Positions 58,940-64,000 of a DNA stretch of 64,000 bases are shown here, in pieces. The stretch is from an uncultured Nitrospiraceae bacterium. Lineage in GTDB: Bacteria; Nitrospirota; Nitrospiria; Nitrospirales; Nitrospiraceae. The DNA is taken from NCBI GenBank assembly GCA_963846575.1, contig CAWJWJ010000002.1, positions 64,001-128,000 of the forward strand, read 5' to 3'. The notes beneath the pieces were generated by a model. It searched no databases. It had not been told where the DNA came from and was given only the letters and a program-made list of their open reading frames with translations. How positions within the stretch are numbered: the stretch's first letter is position 1; the number at the start of each line of letters is the position of its first letter. The position numbers and the translations under genes are program-made.

Positions 58940-59767
58940 ATGGCACGAGTGAGGAGCGCAGGAGCAAAATGGTGGATTGGGGCGGTCAGCCTCATGGGAC
59001 TCTGTCTCACCACCGGGCAACAGCCGGCTTTTAGCCAACAGAGCGTGGCCGTTCGTGCCACTCTCGTAAAGGGAGCGCTTCCGGCCGATGACCCGACAGC
59101 AGCTGTGTGGGCAACGGCTCCGGTCGCCGAGTTTCCCATGTCCCCGCAGGTGCATTGGCCGGTTCGTATTACCGAAGTGACCGCGAAGAGCGTGAAGGTC
59201 CGGGGACTGCACGATGGAACCAACGTGGCCATTTTGCTGGAATACAGCGACCCGTCTGAAGACCCTGAGGACGCGGCGGCCGTTGAATTCATGGTAGGCG
59301 ACAGTAAGGCTCACTTCGCCCATGGACAGCCTATGGCGCAGGTCCAGGGTGGTCCCGTCAACATTTGGTACTGGAAGAATAAGGATAGCAAGGGCGTGGA
59401 CATGGGAGCAAAAGGTTTCGGCACCCTGAAACCCCATGCACACCAGAATGTGAAAGCCAAAGGGGTGTACCAGGGGGGAGTCTGGAAAGTCGTGTTCACT
59501 CGACCCCTGAACACCGAATCCCTGGAGGAAGACACCCAGTTTGAACTGGGTGAATTCGCCAGCATTGCGTTTGCGATTTGGGACGGAAAAAAGATGGACT
59601 CCGGCCAACCGAAAGAGAAGGGATCCGAGAAGGCGATTTCGTCATGGTGGTACTTCCGGGCTGATGCGCCGCCGGACTATTCGCCCTATCTCTACGCAGT
59701 TCTCGCGGTGGGCTTGGCTTTGGGTTTCGAGTTGGTCCTCGTGAGACGTTTAAAGAAAGGGTCCTGA
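58940..59767 (+). CDS. Ethylbenzene-dehydrogenase-gamma-like (EB_dh) haem b protein with C-terminal TM anchor; NxrC-like candidate
   Basis: Sec signal, DDP...W..AP, VRGLHDG..., DAAAVEF, PVNIWYW, WKVVFTRPL, AFAIWDG...EKGSEKAISSW. Confidence 0.8.
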   Translation: MARVRSAGAKWWIGAVSLMGLCLTTGQQPAFSQQSVAVRATLVKGALPADDPTAAVWATAPVAEFPMSPQVHWPVRITEVTAKSVKVRGLHDGTNVAILLEYSDPSEDPEDAAAVEFMVGDSKAHFAHGQPMAQVQGGPVNIWYWKNKDSKGVDMGAKGFGTLKPHAHQNVKAKGVYQGGVWKVVFTRPLNTESLEEDTQFELGEFASIAFAIWDGKKMDSGQPKEKGSEKAISSWWYFRADAPPDYSPYLYAVLAVGLALGFELVLVRRLKKGS

Positions 59768-59769
59768 GC

Positions 59770-60783
59770 ATGAGGGCGTGGCCAAGAATACGTGTCATCG
59801 GAACGATAGCAGGGGTGGTTGGACTCTCGGGACTTCTGGGAACCGGGGGATGTTCGATGTTTCAGAACGAACAGGCTGCCAAGGGTAAAAAGCTTTACGC
59901 CCATTACTGCATGCATTGCCACGGGGAAAATGGACGGCAGAACGAGGGCTTCAACTGGTCCTCGATGAGCGATCCGAAGCCCAAGGATCTGTCCAACAAG
60001 GAAGAGATGGGCACCTTCAAGGATGAAGAAATCTTCAACACCATCTCTCGCGACATGAAAGATACCGCCCCTGGAGGGGATAAGATCGGTGACGATGAGT
60101 TTGCCGTTCCGACGATGCCTACCTTCAAGCACACGCTGTCGGAGGAGGAAATCTGGAGCATTGTCGGGTATGTGCGTTCGCTACACGGCAAGAAGCTGGA
60201 GTTTAACGTCGAGGGCCGGAAGAAGGAGCTTCAGGACGCCGTTCAGGCGGCGGAGCAGAAATTTAAGGAAGCCGAGCGCGTAGCCCAGGAAGCTGAGAAA
60301 AAGGCCAGTGATGAGGCGGAAAAGAAAGGCGTCGAAGTAGATGACGATGCCTATTTGAAAGAGATGCAGTTGATGGGGCAAGCCAAGAAAGAGCTCGATC
60401 AAGCCACTGCGGCTCTCGCAAACTTTACGATCAGGCCTGGAAAGGGCGTGAATATCGCCCGTCCCGACATGACGATGAAACCCGAGGCCGCAACCAAACT
60501 GGCTGAGGTCGGCAAACAACTGTATGCGACGAAGTACGGCTGTAATGGATGTCACAAGATCGGCGAGGAGGGTGGGAAGGTCGGACCCGCTCTGGATCGA
60601 GCCGGGGTTCGGCTTAATCCGACCTGGGTGTATCGTTGGCTTCGAAACCCGCAGGCGATGAAATCCGATACCAGGATGCCGAGTCTGGGTCTCAATGATA
60701 CTGATGCAAAGGCTGTCGCGCTGTATTTAAAAACGCTACGCGCTCCGAAGCCGGATAAACCTCTTGGCAAGGTCGGCGATTGA
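59770..60783 (+). CDS. Dihaem cytochrome c lipoprotein
   Basis: Lipobox-like TGGC, CMHCH and CNGCH domains separated by a long charged coiled coil; distal Met residues in TMP and RMP. Confidence 0.87.
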   Translation: MRAWPRIRVIGTIAGVVGLSGLLGTGGCSMFQNEQAAKGKKLYAHYCMHCHGENGRQNEGFNWSSMSDPKPKDLSNKEEMGTFKDEEIFNTISRDMKDTAPGGDKIGDDEFAVPTMPTFKHTLSEEEIWSIVGYVRSLHGKKLEFNVEGRKKELQDAVQAAEQKFKEAERVAQEAEKKASDEAEKKGVEVDDDAYLKEMQLMGQAKKELDQATAALANFTIRPGKGVNIARPDMTMKPEAATKLAEVGKQLYATKYGCNGCHKIGEEGGKVGPALDRAGVRLNPTWVYRWLRNPQAMKSDTRMPSLGLNDTDAKAVALYLKTLRAPKPDKPLGKVGD

Positions 60784-60897
60784 TTCGGCAACCGCGGACG
60801 AAGGGTCGTTGAGGCTGGCTGTCCTGATTCGCACCACTCGAATTAGAACTGCTCGAGAGCGCCGGTGAAGGGAGTGCATCGGGCTCGGCCAGCCGAG

Positions 60898-61788
60898 TTA
60901 AATCGTGCCGAGCCAGATGCCCAGTAGAATCAGCATTCCCGCATAGACGTGTTGCTGAAACAGGACGGCAGCCGACCGAGGGCTCACAGAAACTTTCAGA
61001 CGTTCGACCTGCCACCAGAACCATCCCGCGACGAGAACCAGGACGGTATAGTACCCTAGCTGTAGGTTGGTGGCCTGCCCGGCCCAGACCAGGCAGGCCA
61101 CCATGCCCGCGAGAAAGACTCCAACCGCTGAAGGTACCGCTTTCCCGAAGTAGAGGGCGGAGGATTTTACCCCGATGCGGCGATCATCGTCCTGGTCCTG
61201 AAGGGCGTAGATCGTATCATAGGCCAGAGCCCAGCAAATGGTGGCGCCAAAGAGCAGCCATGCCGGAGGGTCGATCCTGCCACGCGAAGCCGCCCACGCC
61301 ATAATGGCTCCCCATCCGAAGGCCATTCCCAGCACCGCTTGCGGAAGGTGAATCCAGCGTTTGCTGAAGGGATAGATAGCCGCCAGGAACAGCGCGATGG
61401 GGCTCAGGAGTATGGTGAATAGGTTGAGCGTCCATACGAGAAGTCCCGCAGAGATCGCGAGAGTCAAGGCGACGATCAGCGCCTGATGCGGCACCAGGCG
61501 GCCATTGGCCAACGGCCTTCCCCTGGTTCGCGCGACCTGTCTGTCAAAATCACGATCAGCCAAATCGTTCAAGACGACGCCGAGACTGCGCATGACGAAT
61601 GCGCCGAGGATGAATATGCCCATTAACGCCATGGACGGCCGACCGTGGGACGCCAGGACCAGGGACCAGAGGCTTGGGAGCATCAACAACCACGTTCCTG
61701 ACTGGTTGCGAAGGCGGATGAGGTCGGCGACAGCGGTCCACGACAGGGGGGGTATTAATCGATCGGCTGGATCGTTCGCGAGGGTCAC
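60898..61788 (-). CDS. ubiA: 4-hydroxybenzoate polyprenyltransferase
   Basis: RLRNQSGTWLLMLP, NDLADRDFDRQVARTRGRPL, YPFSKR, YDTIYALQDQDDD..IGVKS. Confidence 0.88.
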   Translation of the reverse strand: MTLANDPADRLIPPLSWTAVADLIRLRNQSGTWLLMLPSLWSLVLASHGRPSMALMGIFILGAFVMRSLGVVLNDLADRDFDRQVARTRGRPLANGRLVPHQALIVALTLAISAGLLVWTLNLFTILLSPIALFLAAIYPFSKRWIHLPQAVLGMAFGWGAIMAWAASRGRIDPPAWLLFGATICWALAYDTIYALQDQDDDRRIGVKSSALYFGKAVPSAVGVFLAGMVACLVWAGQATNLQLGYYTVLVLVAGWFWWQVERLKVSVSPRSAAVLFQQHVYAGMLILLGIWLGTI

Positions 61789-61881
61789 GGTGGGACCATA
61801 ACCGAGCAGAGCTGGACTGTCAACGCGACCAGGGGAGAGGCGGTTGTCATGCTGTCATCAGATTGGGTATAACGAACCATT

Positions 61882-63861
61882 GTGCGGCAACACCTGCGTG
61901 GATGGATAAGGGCTCGTGCGCGATGGTCATCGAGGCGTCTTCTGGCGTCCTGCTTGTCGATGGTGCTGCTCTCGGCGGGATGCCCATTTTTTGCCCAGCG
62001 TTCCGCTATTCCCACCAACTACAACCTCCCGTTGACCGTTCTGTTGCGGATGGATCCGAGCATCGCTGCGGCGATGCTCGAGTATCGTAATGCCTGCGGC
62101 CAACCGGTCACGGCATCGATTCAGGAACATCTTCAGCGTCAGCTCACGAAGCGCCTGACGCAGGTGTTTGAAAAGGTTCAGGTAGTCACAGGAGGATCTC
62201 CCGGTGCCGCTGACGGCGCGGTGGATGTCGCCCTGGGATTTCGGGAAGTAAACCTGTTCGTTCCTCGCAAGTCCAACAAGTCCTATCCTGCGACCGTGAC
62301 AATCGGACTGGATTTTTCCTATATCGATCAACAAGGAGAGGTGCTTCATAGCAAGAAGCTGCAGAGTGCGGCCACAGGTGAGGTCGAGGCCCATGCGGAC
62401 AGCTGTGACCTCACCGGCTTCGATTCGGTGGCGCAAGAGACAGTTGCAATCCTGGCAGAGGGCATGGCGCAGCAATTAGGCACCGCCGCTAGAATCCGGG
62501 AACAGGCCCAGCTTCCTAAAACCTCGCGCACCGTAGGCGTCCCACCGGTTCCGTCGCCATCTACTGCATCGGCGGAAGCCGCCGTCCCGGTGACGGCGAT
62601 CTCCCCGGCTGTCCCACAACAAACCGGCGGGGTACCATCCACGCCCGCCGCGGCGGTGCCTGTTGACCCACCAACGACGCCGACCAGACTATCCTTTCGT
62701 ACCATCATTCGTGACGACAATCAGAATCATGTGCTGGAGCAGCAGGAAGCCTTTAGCGTGGAATTCGAGGTCAAAAATGAAGGCACGGGCGTCGCGCAGT
62801 CCGTCGAAATCGATTTGAGCGGCCATTCTGCTATTGTCAGCGGCCTCAAGTCACCGGTTTCCTTGGGATCGTTACAACCTGGTGAGGTTCGGCGGGTGGC
62901 GGTCGATGGCAAAGTGGGATCGGTTCCAGACTTGGAGCAGGCAGAATTGATCTGTGCCCTACGGGCCTCCGCGAATGTGGAGCTTCCCTCGTCGAAGAAG
63001 TTTTTCGTGGCGATCCGTCCGGATCGAAGCGATGCGATTGAAGTCTTGTCGGTTGATGTCGACCAGTTACCAAAACTGAATGGAAAATCACCCCAATCGC
63101 AGGCCATTGGCATCGCCATTGGGGTGGGGACTTTTCGTGATGCCGCCATGCCGGTCATGAAGTTTGCGGCTCACGACGCTGAGGTGATGGGCGGGTATTT
63201 TACCCGTGTCTTTGGCATTCCTTCGTCACAGGTGAAGATCGTGACCGACAGTCAAGGACTCAAGGACGACCTGATTGAGGTGTTCGAACAATGGTTGCCA
63301 AAACAAGGCGCCTCGCAACAGACGGCCTATATCTACTTTTCGGGTCGGGCCGTGGTCGATCAAGAGACGGGTGCGGTGTCCCTGCTGCCCTTCGATGGGT
63401 CGTCGACTGCCGGGGGGCGGGTGTTCTCGCTGGCCCGGCTTCAACGGGCCCTGGCCCGCGCGTCGGTGAAAAAGATCATCCTGATGTTGGATCTTTCCTT
63501 GGAACCCGTGGTGGGTGTTCAACAGCGACATGCTGTGCCGCCGCAGTGGATGCCGCAGGCGGTTGAAGGGGACAAAGGCCGGGTTCTGGTGATGGTAGGA
63601 AATTCCGTCGCGCAGGAGGCGTTGGCCTATCAGCCTGGGCAGCATGGACTCTTTACCTATTTCTTGTTAAAGGGGCTCCGTGGAGCAGCCGACCTGGATC
63701 AGAACGGAACCGTAGTGACCAAAGAACTCTGCGGGTATGTGCAGGAACAGGTCACTTCCATCGCCCAATCCACCTCGGGTAGTATTCAGAAGCCTATCTG
63801 TGTCCCGGAATTGGATCGGGCGTCCTCCCTCGGACACCTTCCTCTGAGCAAATCGCGCTGA
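61882..63861 (+). CDS. Lipoprotein with Ig/CARDB-like domain and C-terminal caspase-like (peptidase C14) domain, catalytic dyad substituted
   Basis: Lipobox LSAGC, Pro/Thr linker, EVKNEGTG, VDVD, AIGIAIG, FAAHDA, YFSGRA, LMLDLS, HGLFTYFLLKGLRGAADLDQNG. Confidence 0.78.
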   Translation: MRQHLRGWIRARARWSSRRLLASCLSMVLLSAGCPFFAQRSAIPTNYNLPLTVLLRMDPSIAAAMLEYRNACGQPVTASIQEHLQRQLTKRLTQVFEKVQVVTGGSPGAADGAVDVALGFREVNLFVPRKSNKSYPATVTIGLDFSYIDQQGEVLHSKKLQSAATGEVEAHADSCDLTGFDSVAQETVAILAEGMAQQLGTAARIREQAQLPKTSRTVGVPPVPSPSTASAEAAVPVTAISPAVPQQTGGVPSTPAAAVPVDPPTTPTRLSFRTIIRDDNQNHVLEQQEAFSVEFEVKNEGTGVAQSVEIDLSGHSAIVSGLKSPVSLGSLQPGEVRRVAVDGKVGSVPDLEQAELICALRASANVELPSSKKFFVAIRPDRSDAIEVLSVDVDQLPKLNGKSPQSQAIGIAIGVGTFRDAAMPVMKFAAHDAEVMGGYFTRVFGIPSSQVKIVTDSQGLKDDLIEVFEQWLPKQGASQQTAYIYFSGRAVVDQETGAVSLLPFDGSSTAGGRVFSLARLQRALARASVKKIILMLDLSLEPVVGVQQRHAVPPQWMPQAVEGDKGRVLVMVGNSVAQEALAYQPGQHGLFTYFLLKGLRGAADLDQNGTVVTKELCGYVQEQVTSIAQSTSGSIQKPICVPELDRASSLGHLPLSKSR

Positions 63862-64000
63862 AGTGCACTGGCCGGACCTGTCCGGTACGCTGAAATTCTG
63901 CTAGACAGCCCACCCACCTTCTCCGTAGCATATTATGCAGGTCGTCCGGATCCCCCTGCCCAATCATGCGTACACAACGCGCCAGGCATGTTCTGATCGT

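Noticed and set aside
63935..64000. Start of a further + strand gene at the window edge
   Set aside because: Too short to assign a frame or product.
1..64000. CRISPR arrays, rRNA, intact transposases or defence systems
   Set aside because: No regularly spaced repeat-spacer pattern, rRNA-like segment, or transposase/defence motif was seen by eye.

Overview
A 64 kb chromosomal segment from a GC-rich diderm bacterium. Gene content suggests a Nitrospira-like (Nitrospirota) organism; this is inference, mainly from the paired cytochrome bd-like subunits, Rieske/cytochrome b and an EB_dh haem protein. Four blocks are visible. (1) 1-6 kb: partial bamD, fabH-DUF47-pit, and convergent phoB/phoR. (2) 6-22.6 kb: an isoprenoid/hopanoid region (ispH, smc, shc, hpnG, mlaEFDC-like ABC system, a POTRA-less Omp85 barrel, a DUF3187-like barrel, dxs, ispG). 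(3) 22.7-46.7 kb: tRNA-Cys followed by a tyrosine-integrase remnant and an accessory region. It holds outer-membrane barrels, including an internally duplicated 'double-barrel' gene, and a Wzy-type capsule/EPS locus. Every frameshift or deletion I found in the window lies here. (4) 46.8-64 kb: hpnH, then a ~12 kb respiratory operon in which two paralogous bd-like/cytochrome c modules flank a Rieske/cytochrome b core, then ubiA and a caspase-fold lipoprotein with a substituted catalytic dyad. The best candidates for undescribed systems are the hopanoid-linked Mla plus two-barrel module, the pseudo-symmetric respiratory supercomplex and the tandem-barrel outer-membrane protein. All calls come from reading motifs by eye; no searches were run.
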